Source: an uncultured virus (IMG/VR IMGVR_UViG_3300042363_000729) (lineage: Duplodnaviria > Heunggongvirae > Uroviricota > Caudoviricetes). From it: a stretch of 64,000 bases of DNA. A model generated the notes under the pieces. It worked only from the letters and a program-made list of their open reading frames with translations, had not been told where the DNA came from and made no database searches. Where the stretch lies: IMG/VR virus record IMGVR_UViG_3300042363_000729, positions 1 to 64,000 of that record, one strand, 5' to 3'. Positions within the stretch are counted from its first letter, which is position 1. The number at the start of each line of letters is the position of its first letter. Positions 32,801 through 40,810 of the stretch are shown in pieces. The translations under genes and the position numbers were made by a program.

Positions 32801-34217
32801 CAGCCGAAACATTGGCCAATGCTGTGATATTATTACCAGTAACCAATGCACTAGCAACAATATTGCCCTGAACACTGACCTGAGTTGGACTGATTTCAAC
32901 AACACCAACCACACCGCTGATGTTGCCAACAATGTTGCCATTGGCCGCAGGAATGTTAAGTTCAGTTGTACCGTTTGAAATTTTTACTGCGGAACCAACG
33001 TTGGAGCTGGCAACGACCCCGGTCAAGCCAGCACCGTTACCAATAAAGATGCCGCCTACTGAAACAATGTTGCCTGCGGCAGTCATTGCGCCGTTGCTGG
33101 TGATGTTGCCTACAATGGCATTGCCAGTAACAGACACAATACCTGTTAATGACAAGTTGTTGCCTGACAAGTTGCCTGTGTAAGTAGGCAAGTATGCTTG
33201 TACGTTGGCGTTTGAATACTGTGCTGGTAAGCCAGTTAGCTGGCTACCGTTACCAATAATGTAAGCACCAGTAATGTTACCTGAAGTGGTTACAGGACCA
33301 GTTAGACTGACCAGATTACCAGTGTATGTGGGCAAGTAGGCCTGCACGTTGGCATTGCCGTAAGTGGCTGGTAAACCAGTTAGCTGGCTACCGTTACCAA
33401 GAATATAATTTCCAGTGACATTGCCTGTGGCAGAAACTGTTGAAACATTAATGCCAGTAGGGGTAACCACCAATACATTGCTAGTTCCACCAATTGTGGC
33501 TGAAATATTTCCACTAGCAGCCGCAGTCATGTTGGTGGTACCGTTTACAATGGCATTTGATGTGCCGCTGTAGGCCCCGTTACCACTTAGAACAAATGTT
33601 CCGCCCTGTTGGTTTGTGATAGTTACCGCAGTGGCATTGGATGTAATTGTTGAATTATTCAAGTACAGCGTGTTACCGCTTAGGTACAAGTCTTTCCAGG
33701 CCGCAGTTGCGCTACCTAGATTGTATGTTACGTTTGCCGCAGGCAGCAAATTGCCCTTGAAAGTGGTATTGAAACGATTGAAAACTACTGTGTCACTGGT
33801 GCCTTGAATTGTAACTGTAGCATTGCTTGCATTAACTGCAATGTTGCTGGTTCCGTTGGCAATATACGGTGCGGCGGCCGCAACTACGCCTGTAAGCTGT
33901 GAACCATTACCCACAAAATATTGTGAATGAATAGTGTTTACGCGATAGTTGGCATCGCCAATGTTGAATACGCTGTCAATGCTGGGACGCATTGAACTGT
34001 TAAAAACTACGTTGCCAATACCGTTAGCTTGTAATATTAAGTTACCGTTGATACCATTAATTGATATGGTATTGTTGGCGATAACAACATTGCTGTCAAC
34101 CGGTCCCGCGGCGAAAATCTGGCTGAAATTGTTGTTTACGGCATCAAATGCCTGTCGCAACGGTTCACCAGTTCCATCATTGGCTGTTGCGCCAACGTCA
34201 ATGATTTGTTGTGCCAT
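26874..34217 (-). CDS. Giant repetitive fibre/adhesin-like protein (2447 aa)
   Basis: N-terminal IDVGATANDGTGEPLRQAFDAVNNNF virion-attachment-type motif; dozens of ATGNITGGN repeats; YadA-head-like repeats; few charged residues. Confidence 0.8.
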   Translation of the reverse strand: MAQQIIDVGATANDGTGEPLRQAFDAVNNNFSQIFAAGPVDSNVVIANNTISINGINGNLILQANGIGNVVFNSSMRPSIDSVFNIGDANYRVNTIHSQYFVGNGSQLTGVVAAAAPYIANGTSNIAVNASNATVTIQGTSDTVVFNRFNTTFKGNLLPAANVTYNLGSATAAWKDLYLSGNTLYLNNSTITSNATAVTITNQQGGTFVLSGNGAYSGTSNAIVNGTTNMTAAASGNISATIGGTSNVLVVTPTGINVSTVSATGNVTGNYILGNGSQLTGLPATYGNANVQAYLPTYTGNLVSLTGPVTTSGNITGAYIIGNGSQLTGLPAQYSNANVQAYLPTYTGNLSGNNLSLTGIVSVTGNAIVGNITSNGAMTAAGNIVSVGGIFIGNGAGLTGVVASSNVGSAVKISNGTTELNIPAANGNIVGNISGVVGVVEISPTQVSVQGNIVASALVTGNNITALANVSAAGNVTGGNVISSALVQGTTISATGNAVAVNINASANVSAAGNIAGQYFIGNGSQLTGLPATYGNADVSTYLASGTETANIITTANISGAYFIGNGSQLTGLPATYGNAQVATFLAAFGSNTIVTTGNITGGNVNTGVITLTNGATIKNTVGNAIAIGRLAGNTAQGTYATAIGDAAGFANQGADAVALGGSAGQNSQGAYSIGIGYAAGQNSQGTQALAAGLRAGSTSQGAGAVALGAYAGLNGQGTFSVAIGHQAGNNLQANNSIILNATGAILDQTTANTFTVAPVRNDVANTAQVMFYNATSKEITYGNTISVAGNVTGGNFFTGGLIVATGNVTGGNFVTGGTVSASGNLSAIGNITGGNLSGTSITGTLTTAAQTNITSVGTLGALTVTGNIGGGNVNTVGLVSSTGNVIGGNIQTAGQVTATGNITTTANIAGGNLALTGGFNATTLSASGNVAGGNLTTTGTVSSSGNIITAGYFVGNFAGNITGNLVVPGSNTQVLYNNQGNAGAVAGMTFNTDGPNLFTVLGNIQGGNLRTAGLVSAGGNVDAGNLNTAGWVVATGNLNTLANVNGANLVASGLIFAVGNISGGNLSGTSITGTLTTAAQTNITSLGTLGSLTVTGNIGGGNLNATGLSLSGNVVSAINTVANITTTANISGGYILGNGSLLTGLPATYSNANVQAYLPTYTGNLVSLAGDVTTIANVTGGNLITGGQAIATGNITGGNLRTAGLITATGNVTGNYFIGNGSLLTGIVTTPTQLVNGTSNVSVAASGNTTVGVAGTTIATFAGTGANVTGLISATGNITGGNISTAGLVTATGNVNTTAGVLATGNVRGGNVTSADLVQGVTVSATGNVTGGNITTAGLITATGNIIGGNLNATGLSLSGNVVSALNVTSNITGGNLNTSGIVSATGNITGGNISTTGTGGNITGANVISATTLSATANVAGGNITTAGLVTAIGNIIGGNLNAAGLSLSGNVLSEINSTSNVTTTANISANYYIGNGSLLTGISAGSTYSNANVQAYLPTYTGNLVSLLGDVTTTANVNGGNLNTTGLLLVTGNIRGGNVNTVGLVSANSISANTITAALTITATQTISAVANVIGGNLTTAGQVSATANITGGNLITTGLLQTGEFNATGNAVVNGNLTVNGNIAYVNVQTLAVQDPIIALGRGANNTPLTVDDGKTRGVDMWYYDTAEKQAFVGWNDATGKLFAAANVSIANEIVTVNSYGTFVVGDIEGTSVSVTGNVTGGNLITGANIVSGNISAVGNITSGNLNATGLSLSGNVVSPLNVTGNVAGGNLLAVGLVQGQTVSAVANVIGGNINTSGLVSSVGNVIGGNINTGGIISATGNVFGNNVFATNLVQGGTLSASGNVIGGNVNGVVVSATGNVIGGNINTAGIASVVGNALVGNLTTVGLVSATGNITGGNLIATSLLQGTNLSVTGAVNTGTLTASGNINSTNILNSGFMSATGNIVSAANIISSNVTVTSGVTVGTTLSATGNITAANFVTAGRLDVDVISAIGNVTGGNLITPNTISGLTIFASGTISAVGNITGGNIIDQGLLSVVGNIDGGNLRTLGLVSAAGSITTGNTISATGNITGGNIISNGGISSSGGISSVGNIVAPNFIGNIVGNLSAPGSNSQVVFNLNGTISADSGLTYDYVANALTVGGKIVSTNAANIESAGQLVAVGNILTSSGNISGGNIVTGGTVIATANITGGNLTTGAEVVATGNIIGGNINTAGIASVVGNIIGGNINGLGAVSAVANITGANVNTAGQVSAVGNVTGGNVISVALIQGATLSATGNVTGGNINASGNISATANVIGGNIRSAGLASIVGNVIGGNLTTAGIGNIATLEITTIANIKATTAASSTITGALQVAGGAGVVGNIWGGNVNTAGQLSATGNITGGNLNAAGLSLSGNVVSALNMTTGITTTGNISANNIAATTGISIAGNPVSTVADATALAIALG

Positions 34218-34266
34218 AGATAATCAAGGTCCTCTGTGTATTTACCAGAAACCCAGGATTAGAGTT

Positions 34267-35775
34267 TTAGCCAATTCTAGTATAGGTCAGGTGAGAGCCA
34301 GATGCAACTGTGACGTTTGCAAGGCTGGTTTGCGCTCGAAGAATCACAGTTGTGTTGGCAGTATGGTAGAATGTGCCGTTGATTCTTACCGCACGTTGCG
34401 CAGTTGTGGCAGCCATGGACTGTGTGGTTCCTGTGGTATCAGACGTGCTGGAAGTTGCAGCCGCCCAAGATGCGGCAGCACCAGTTTGAGATTCCACTGT
34501 GTAATTACAGCTTCCACTGGGGAAGTTTACGGAAAATGCAGTGGTGGTTGATGATCCGTTGGTGGTAAGATACATTAAACTTTCAAACTTATAGGCTTGA
34601 TTTGCCAATGCACTGAATTGCAGTACCCCAATGTTAGCCATGCTGGCTGAGCTAATGTCAAACGACGCACTCTGCCACACAATGTTTTCAACACCAATAC
34701 CTGCACCGTAGCTGTTGCCAGAAACGTTGGCATTAGCTGTTCGTAATTCTAGTCCCAGCAAGTTGCCAGTTGCGCTGACATAGCCCTGTGTTACCAAGTT
34801 TCCGCCAGCATAAACGTTGCCAGTAGCACTCATTTTGTCGTTGCTGTTGACGTTACCGCCTGTGACGTTACCGGTAGCTGAAAAACCAGCAGTTCCAGCA
34901 GTTGCGCCAGTTAAAATAACAATGTTGTTGGCTGTGACGTTGCCTGTGGCACTTACTGCGCCCCCAGTAACCAAATTTCCACCAGTGATGTTGGCTGTGG
35001 CAGACACCTGCCCAGCTGTGGTCAAGTTACCCGGAGTCACGTTTCCAATCACAGTTTCTGTTCCAGAAACATAAGTGTTTCCAGAAACTGCAAAAGTGTG
35101 TAGAGGTGCTGTGTTGGCCACACCCACGTTGCCTGAAGCACCAATGATTGCTAGCCTAGTTGTGTTTGATCCTGCATTGCTTTGGAACAAGATATTGGCG
35201 TTACCGTTGATGTCCGAGTAAACAGCACGGATTGCGGCAGTTACACGAGCTGTGGCACCAGTTGCATCGCTGGTGAACCACTCAACTGCACCAATATTGG
35301 CACCCACTGTGGTTATAACAGTATTTGCATCACTGAATCTAATAGTTCGATCACTGGCTGCATCTGAAGTTTGGCTGAGCAAAATATTGCCGCCGGTGTT
35401 GATGTTTGCACCTGTGATGTTACCGGTTGCTGTGATCAACCCGGCTGTGACTAGGTTGGCGCCAGTAATGTTACCTGTGACGCTGACCAATCCAGTTACA
35501 AACTGACCAGTTGTGGCAAATACTGCCACATTAGACGTACCGCCAATGGTAATATTGGCATTTCCATTTGCCACAGGAATAGCAATACTGCTAGTTCCAT
35601 TAAAGAGGTTGTCACCCGAAATGTTACCTGACAATGTAGCGTTGCCTGAAACACTGAGGTTTCCGTCGATGATCACTGTAGCGGTGTTGGCAGTCACACC
35701 CTGAATGGTAATTGTATCAGTGTTCCCAATAGTTGTAATGACGACGTTGCCAGCAACACGCTTGTAGATAGCCAT
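34267..35775 (-). CDS. Fibre-like protein with GNxTGGN repeats (502 aa)
   Basis: Same repeat vocabulary as the neighbouring fibres; TAAATA at 35793-35798. Confidence 0.7.
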   Translation of the reverse strand: MAIYKRVAGNVVITTIGNTDTITIQGVTANTATVIIDGNLSVSGNATLSGNISGDNLFNGTSSIAIPVANGNANITIGGTSNVAVFATTGQFVTGLVSVTGNITGANLVTAGLITATGNITGANINTGGNILLSQTSDAASDRTIRFSDANTVITTVGANIGAVEWFTSDATGATARVTAAIRAVYSDINGNANILFQSNAGSNTTRLAIIGASGNVGVANTAPLHTFAVSGNTYVSGTETVIGNVTPGNLTTAGQVSATANITGGNLVTGGAVSATGNVTANNIVILTGATAGTAGFSATGNVTGGNVNSNDKMSATGNVYAGGNLVTQGYVSATGNLLGLELRTANANVSGNSYGAGIGVENIVWQSASFDISSASMANIGVLQFSALANQAYKFESLMYLTTNGSSTTTAFSVNFPSGSCNYTVESQTGAAASWAAATSSTSDTTGTTQSMAATTAQRAVRINGTFYHTANTTVILRAQTSLANVTVASGSHLTYTRIG

Positions 35776-36363
35776 TTAGAGTTCCTTTGTGTTATTTATA
35801 CGGTTTAAGAAGTCTTCCATGGGCATGTGAACCAAGTTTACAATACCCTGCAAGCTGGATAAATTTGCTGTGGTTTTTCCTTGAACTCTAAAAAATCCAC
35901 ATTTGGGAAAATCTTTCATGACTCGTTGCATCTGGCGTTCCCAATTGCCGGTGTATGTGGGGTTTGATGCGCTTTTTTTGTAAAATTCTGTGTCAGCATA
36001 CACATTGTTGAACTTGCCTGTTTGAGTTGGACCCATGTCAAACCCAACAAGATAGATTGCTCTGTGTCCATCCAGCGCGGCTTGTCCCACAGCAATGGGT
36101 CCTGAGCTGTAGCCAAAATAGTCTTGAGCTATGCGTCTGGCGCCAGTATCGGGCAAGGGTTTTCTTGTGTAGTGTATGTGAGTTTGACTGTACCCATCTT
36201 GTTGGATACGCAAGCTAATGGGAGCATCAGTACTGATCAGCACATCTGGTTCAAACTCTTTGTAGATAGCGTTGCATCCGTAGACACGCCCGCAAGTTTT
36301 TAACACTGCTAAATCAACTTCTTTGCGGCTGATGCCGTTACCAAGTACAAATGCTGGGCCCAT
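35776..36363 (-). CDS. Sialyltransferase-like (Cst-II/GT42 or Maf/DUF115-like) protein
   Basis: AFVLGNGISR...VYGCNAIY...SSGPIA...IYLVGFD parallels the Cst-II motifs GNGPSL, FRCNQFY, TSG, IYLSGID. Confidence 0.55.
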   Translation of the reverse strand: MGPAFVLGNGISRKEVDLAVLKTCGRVYGCNAIYKEFEPDVLISTDAPISLRIQQDGYSQTHIHYTRKPLPDTGARRIAQDYFGYSSGPIAVGQAALDGHRAIYLVGFDMGPTQTGKFNNVYADTEFYKKSASNPTYTGNWERQMQRVMKDFPKCGFFRVQGKTTANLSSLQGIVNLVHMPMEDFLNRINNTKEL

Positions 36364-36393
36364 AAAAAATCCTCCCAGTATGTAGCTGGGAGG
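36364..36393 (-). terminator. Intrinsic terminator-like hairpin after 36412-37161
   Basis: Minus strand CCTCCCAG-7 nt-CTGGGAGG followed by ATTTTTT. Confidence 0.65.
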
Positions 36394-36411
36394 AATTGGT
36401 TACTTGATAAA

Positions 36412-37161
36412 TTAAGAAGTAACGTTCTGTATCAAAGCCACGTTGATAGTGGTTTGTGCAGTACCAGACTTGATAACTGAGCCTTCATCAGTAAAGAAGT
36501 TGGCCACTTGACGTGTGTCAGCAACAACTTCTGCCGCAGTGAATCCATTTCCGCCTTCAAAGCCCAACAAGAATTTGTTGGACAACTTGGAAATAAACAC
36601 TTCAGATGAAGCGTCATCAATATAGCTGATGCTCATCAATCCCACTGTTGGGGTTGCAGAATTTGTCAAAACACACACACCTACAGAATTAACGGTACCC
36701 GAACCTGCTCCGCCAACTGAACTGGCAGTGAACACAGTGCCTACACCAAAGTTACCGGGTGCGCCAGCGGCTGTCCAATCAGTGGTGCCCACAGACACAA
36801 TTTGATAAGCCTGGCCAACAACAAAACTTCCGTCGTTGACACCAGTAACATCACCCACTAGATATTTGCGAGAACCTTTTTGACGGATGATATAGCCTTG
36901 TGCCACACCAATACCTGTGCCCGAAGGGTTGGCAATGTTAACAGTAACGTCAACACGTGGATTGGTTGCGCTTGGGGTATCTGTAGGGCCTGCGCCGCCA
37001 ACAACACCAAGATATTGAGTGCCGTTTAGAGTTTGAACTGGGCTGTTAAAAACAGGATTTGTTAAACTGTTGAAGTTAGGATAGCCAAGATCCACGCCAA
37101 CGGCTGCGCCGCTGTTGCCTGATCCAGTGCTTGATTTTTGTATTTTTAGAGGACGACCCAT
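36412..37161 (-). CDS. Probable virion structural protein (249 aa)
   Basis: MGRPLK N-terminus, GYIIRQKGSRKYLV; strong SD AAGGAG, own TAAATA (37254-37259) and own terminator. Confidence 0.7.
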   Translation of the reverse strand: MGRPLKIQKSSTGSGNSGAAVGVDLGYPNFNSLTNPVFNSPVQTLNGTQYLGVVGGAGPTDTPSATNPRVDVTVNIANPSGTGIGVAQGYIIRQKGSRKYLVGDVTGVNDGSFVVGQAYQIVSVGTTDWTAAGAPGNFGVGTVFTASSVGGAGSGTVNSVGVCVLTNSATPTVGLMSISYIDDASSEVFISKLSNKFLLGFEGGNGFTAAEVVADTRQVANFFTDEGSVIKSGTAQTTINVALIQNVTS

Positions 37162-37302
37162 TTTGTTTTCTCCTTAAAGAAGTCCGATGCGAGTTCTAGT
37201 CGCTACGCTGTGGGTATTAGTCTCAGCATAAAACACCCTATTGTGTTGACAAGTATTTAGCAAAAATGTAAAATAGCATAGCCTAGGAGCGTAAATATCC
37301 CT

Positions 37303-38451
37303 ATGAATACTAACGAACTTATTGAAGCTGGCAACCAGCATCGTGCCAGTAACGAACCTGAAAAAGCCTTGCAATGTTATGCCATGGCCTTTGTGCAAGA
37401 TCCTGACAGTGCGGCTGCGTTTAACAACTACGGAAACGTCATGCGTGAAATGGGTCGCCCTGAAAGTGCTGTGCCGTTTTTACAGCATGCGGCTATTCTT
37501 GATCCCAAAAACGTCACAGCACATTTTAATCTTGCAGTGACTTATTTGCTCATGGGCGACTATCAACGTGGTTGGCCACAATACGAGCATCGTTGGGACT
37601 ACGAGCACTTGGCTGGCACTGAGCCCAAGTTCTCACAACCTCGCTGGCGTGGCGAAGACATTCGAGACAAAACTATCTTGGTTGTGGGCGAACAAGGGCA
37701 CGGGGACAACATACAGTTTTGCAGATTTATCTACAATCTGCATGCCATGGGTGCCCGAGTCAAACTGCAAGTAACCGACGGGATGATTCCATTGCTAAAC
37801 ACCAGCAACATCATGGAATGGGTTGGCGGGTACAACGATGACCCAGGTGAATTTGACCTATGGGTTCCCATAATGAGTATCCCAGGTATCCTGGGAATTA
37901 CCTTAGATAACTTGCCACCAATACAGAGTTATCTCAATGCGCTGCCTAATCTTTCTCGAAACTGGCAGGAACGACTGGGGCCAAAACTTCGCATGCGTGT
38001 GGGCTTCTCCTGGAGTGGACGTAGAGACGCTTGGCTCAATCAACACAAAGGTGTGCCGTTCCCTGTGATACTGGAAATGATCAGAGCCAACCCTGAATAC
38101 GAGTGGATCAACTTGCAAGTTGATGCTACTGATGACGAGGAGCTGGCCTTGAGTGATGCTGGTGTGACTCGTTATCCCGGAGCCATTACCAGCTTTGCTG
38201 ACACAGCGGCCTTGATGATACACTTGGACGTGGTGATCAGTGTGGACACTGCTATCACACACTTGGCCGGTGCCCTGGGCAGACCAGCTTGGGTTATGCT
38301 CAATGCTTATGCCACTGACTGGCGTTGGTTACTCAAACGTGATGACAGTCCTTGGTACTCCAGTGCCAGACTGTTTAGACAGCCCCGGATAGGAGACTGG
38401 GAAAGTGTTACCAAGAAGATTGCTCAATATCTTTCATGGTTCAAAATTTAA
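37303..38451 (+). CDS. TPR-repeat plus GT-B glycosyltransferase (GT9-like)
   Basis: N-terminal TPRs; EQGHGDNIQFCR, VGFSWSG, LDVVISVDTAITHLAGALGRP, WRW, PWYSSARLFRQ. Confidence 0.85.
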   Translation: MNTNELIEAGNQHRASNEPEKALQCYAMAFVQDPDSAAAFNNYGNVMREMGRPESAVPFLQHAAILDPKNVTAHFNLAVTYLLMGDYQRGWPQYEHRWDYEHLAGTEPKFSQPRWRGEDIRDKTILVVGEQGHGDNIQFCRFIYNLHAMGARVKLQVTDGMIPLLNTSNIMEWVGGYNDDPGEFDLWVPIMSIPGILGITLDNLPPIQSYLNALPNLSRNWQERLGPKLRMRVGFSWSGRRDAWLNQHKGVPFPVILEMIRANPEYEWINLQVDATDDEELALSDAGVTRYPGAITSFADTAALMIHLDVVISVDTAITHLAGALGRPAWVMLNAYATDWRWLLKRDDSPWYSSARLFRQPRIGDWESVTKKIAQYLSWFKI

Positions 38452-38535
38452 TATGATACCGCTACGATAGGTCGTTAAACTACATTATCAGCCCCAGCTT
38501 CTCCTCGACTGACCGACATGGATGCTGGGGCTTTA

Positions 38536-39516
38536 TTATGGCCGCAGTTGATCCATTTGATGCATGATGCGTTTTCTAAATTCTTCGCTGTGAAAATATT
38601 GTTTGTTGCGTTCAATTCTAGGCAACATTGCTTGGTAAGTGCCCATGATTGTGCCACTGCGAACCCACCAGTCAACAAAGCTAGCAATGCTTTCCAGTCT
38701 CATTTGACTGTCAGTTTCGCTGTCCCAACTCTGCCAAGGCACAATGTCTTCAAACATGTCCAGGCCAATATCTTTAAGAAACTTGTTTGTACCAGCACCA
38801 CACACCATGATGGGTATTTGTCTAGCCACAAAAGGCTTGCAGGCTTTTTCAGTTAGATACACTTGATCCACACTGGTTTCAGTCACTAGGTTTACTGCGG
38901 TTTCATGATAGATTTTTAAATCTACACCAACATCATTGCGTGTGGTATCCGGATCTTCCCCAGGCAACAACAGTGGACAAGGATAGCTGTAGGGTTTGCT
39001 GCCAGATTCTAGTGTGGCAAAACTATAAGTTAGCATGGAGATTGTGTTGCGGCGATTAAACTCTGCCCACAACCAAGTTCGATGCCAGCGTGGACGATTG
39101 TTAAGACACATTATTTCTCGTATCTTGTTTGAGCCTGCATCAAAACTAAATGCGTTCCACCACAGGTGATTGCGTAAACTAAATGCCCAAAGAAATATAG
39201 GAAAGAATATCACACCTGCCCTGGGCTGATAATAATACTCACAATTGTTGGTCAAAATTGGCCTAGCAGGATCTGTTTCTAAAATGTGCGTAGGGAACAC
39301 ATTATGAGTCACATCAACCACATGCTTCTTGATTGGGTGCTGATCGATCAACTGTTGCAGACGTTGACTTTCTGTTTGATCACCACGTTCACGATAGAGT
39401 TCGTTACGCAACGGCAATGTTTCATTGTCCACAATCACCATGACATCATCATGAAACCACTGAGTAAGATAGTTACGATTTGAGTAGTAGCACAGTAGAT
39501 CAAGGTTGTGTATCAT
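38536..39516 (-). CDS. Putative glycosyltransferase-like protein (GT10-like C-terminal motif)
   Basis: CLNNRPRWHR; LVTET...YLTEKACKPF...IPIMVCG resembles the fucosyltransferase-family Y-x-TEK motif. Confidence 0.45.
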   Translation of the reverse strand: MIHNLDLLCYYSNRNYLTQWFHDDVMVIVDNETLPLRNELYRERGDQTESQRLQQLIDQHPIKKHVVDVTHNVFPTHILETDPARPILTNNCEYYYQPRAGVIFFPIFLWAFSLRNHLWWNAFSFDAGSNKIREIMCLNNRPRWHRTWLWAEFNRRNTISMLTYSFATLESGSKPYSYPCPLLLPGEDPDTTRNDVGVDLKIYHETAVNLVTETSVDQVYLTEKACKPFVARQIPIMVCGAGTNKFLKDIGLDMFEDIVPWQSWDSETDSQMRLESIASFVDWWVRSGTIMGTYQAMLPRIERNKQYFHSEEFRKRIMHQMDQLRP

Positions 39517-39534
39517 GCGGAATACTTACCAAAG

Positions 39535-39560
39535 AAAAAGCCCCTTGCGGGGCTTTTCTT
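39535..39560 (-). terminator. Intrinsic terminator after the major capsid gene
   Basis: Minus strand AAAAGCCCC-GCAA-GGGGCTTTTT. Confidence 0.85.
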
Positions 39561-39589
39561 CCTTCCCATCCCTGGGTTGGATTCTCGGA

Positions 39590-40792
39590 TTAGGAGAATG
39601 AAAGGTTAGACACAGCGATCTCGCCAACATAGTCACCAGCATTGCCGAAGCTAGATGCAGTGTTTGTCAACTCGATGTAACCATAACGTGTCATGAATGA
39701 CACAACTGGTTCGAATGTGCTTGGATCCAACACAACGCCTGAAGACATCAAAGGAATGTATGGGCAGTAGAATGCTGGAGCGTCTGCTTCTGAAGAACCT
39801 TTGTAACCGACCAACACAGGTGTTGTGTCGCTTGCATAAGAGTCAACGAACACACGCATTGCGCCGTTCAATGTACCAACAAACTTGGTGTTTGTAGGTG
39901 CTTCAAATGTACCTTCTGTAGTACGTGCAAATGCGCTAGTTGTAGCACTTTGCAATACTGTCAAGGCAGCTGAAGATACAACAGCGTAGTTACCAGCGCC
40001 ACGACGTGTGCGTTGGGCGATCAAGTTAGCAACACGGTTGATCAGAACTGCCAATGCGGCGTGTTCGTCACCAACGAATGTAGCTGTACCTGAAACAGTA
40101 GCTTGGTTGTATGTGAACTCAGTAGATGCCAATGAGCGCAAGCTCAAAAGAATCTCTTGGTCAATTTCAGCGGTAATCTCTTGAGCAAGTGCAGCCATGA
40201 TTTCTGCTTCAACGTCAATACCATGCATGGCTTGTGCGTCTTGTGCAGATTCAAATGTCCAACGAGCTTGTAGCTTACGTGTGCGAGCTTCAACAGCTTG
40301 CTTCAAGATTTGCACAGAGATCTGACGACCGCCTGTACCTTCCATGGTAGCTGTAGCACCGCCAGTGTAGCCAGTTGCAGTAGCACCGGCAGCACCGCTA
40401 GGAACTGTAGAGTATGCTGTGGCAATCTTGAATGGGCTCAATGCTTCTTCACCAGCTGTAACGCTTGTAGCGGCAGCTGAAGAGTCTGTCAAACTGTTGG
40501 CATAACGCACACGCAGAGTGTGGATTTGACCAACTGGGCCTGTCATGGGCTGAACGCCAACCAACTCGTTAGCAATAACGGTAGGCATAACACGACGGAT
40601 AACTGGCAAAATCACACGGTTAAGTGTGGCAATGTTGCCAGCGGCTGTTGAACCAGAACTTGCGTTCTCTTTCAAATACTTGCGAGTGTTTTCTAAGATA
40701 ACACCCATGCTGTTGCGCTTTGAGCCGTTCAGACCTTCAAGCAGAGCTTCTTTGGTCTCGCCCCAGCGACTTTCTAATAGTTCTTGTGACAT
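39590..40792 (-). CDS. Major capsid protein (T4 gp23-like)
   Basis: RRVMPTVIANELVGVQPMTGPVGQI, TRKLQARWTFESAQD, EITAEIDQE, FYCPYIPL, FMTRYG. Confidence 0.97.
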   Translation of the reverse strand: MSQELLESRWGETKEALLEGLNGSKRNSMGVILENTRKYLKENASSGSTAAGNIATLNRVILPVIRRVMPTVIANELVGVQPMTGPVGQIHTLRVRYANSLTDSSAAATSVTAGEEALSPFKIATAYSTVPSGAAGATATGYTGGATATMEGTGGRQISVQILKQAVEARTRKLQARWTFESAQDAQAMHGIDVEAEIMAALAQEITAEIDQEILLSLRSLASTEFTYNQATVSGTATFVGDEHAALAVLINRVANLIAQRTRRGAGNYAVVSSAALTVLQSATTSAFARTTEGTFEAPTNTKFVGTLNGAMRVFVDSYASDTTPVLVGYKGSSEADAPAFYCPYIPLMSSGVVLDPSTFEPVVSFMTRYGYIELTNTASSFGNAGDYVGEIAVSNLSFS

Positions 40793-40810
40793 TTAAGTCT
40801 CCTAAAAAAT

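Noticed and set aside
18186..35704. Numerous plus-strand ORFs (MLPPV...-type) opposite the fibre genes
   Set aside because: Antisense shadows of repetitive Gly/Asn/Thr codons, fully nested in long minus-strand genes.
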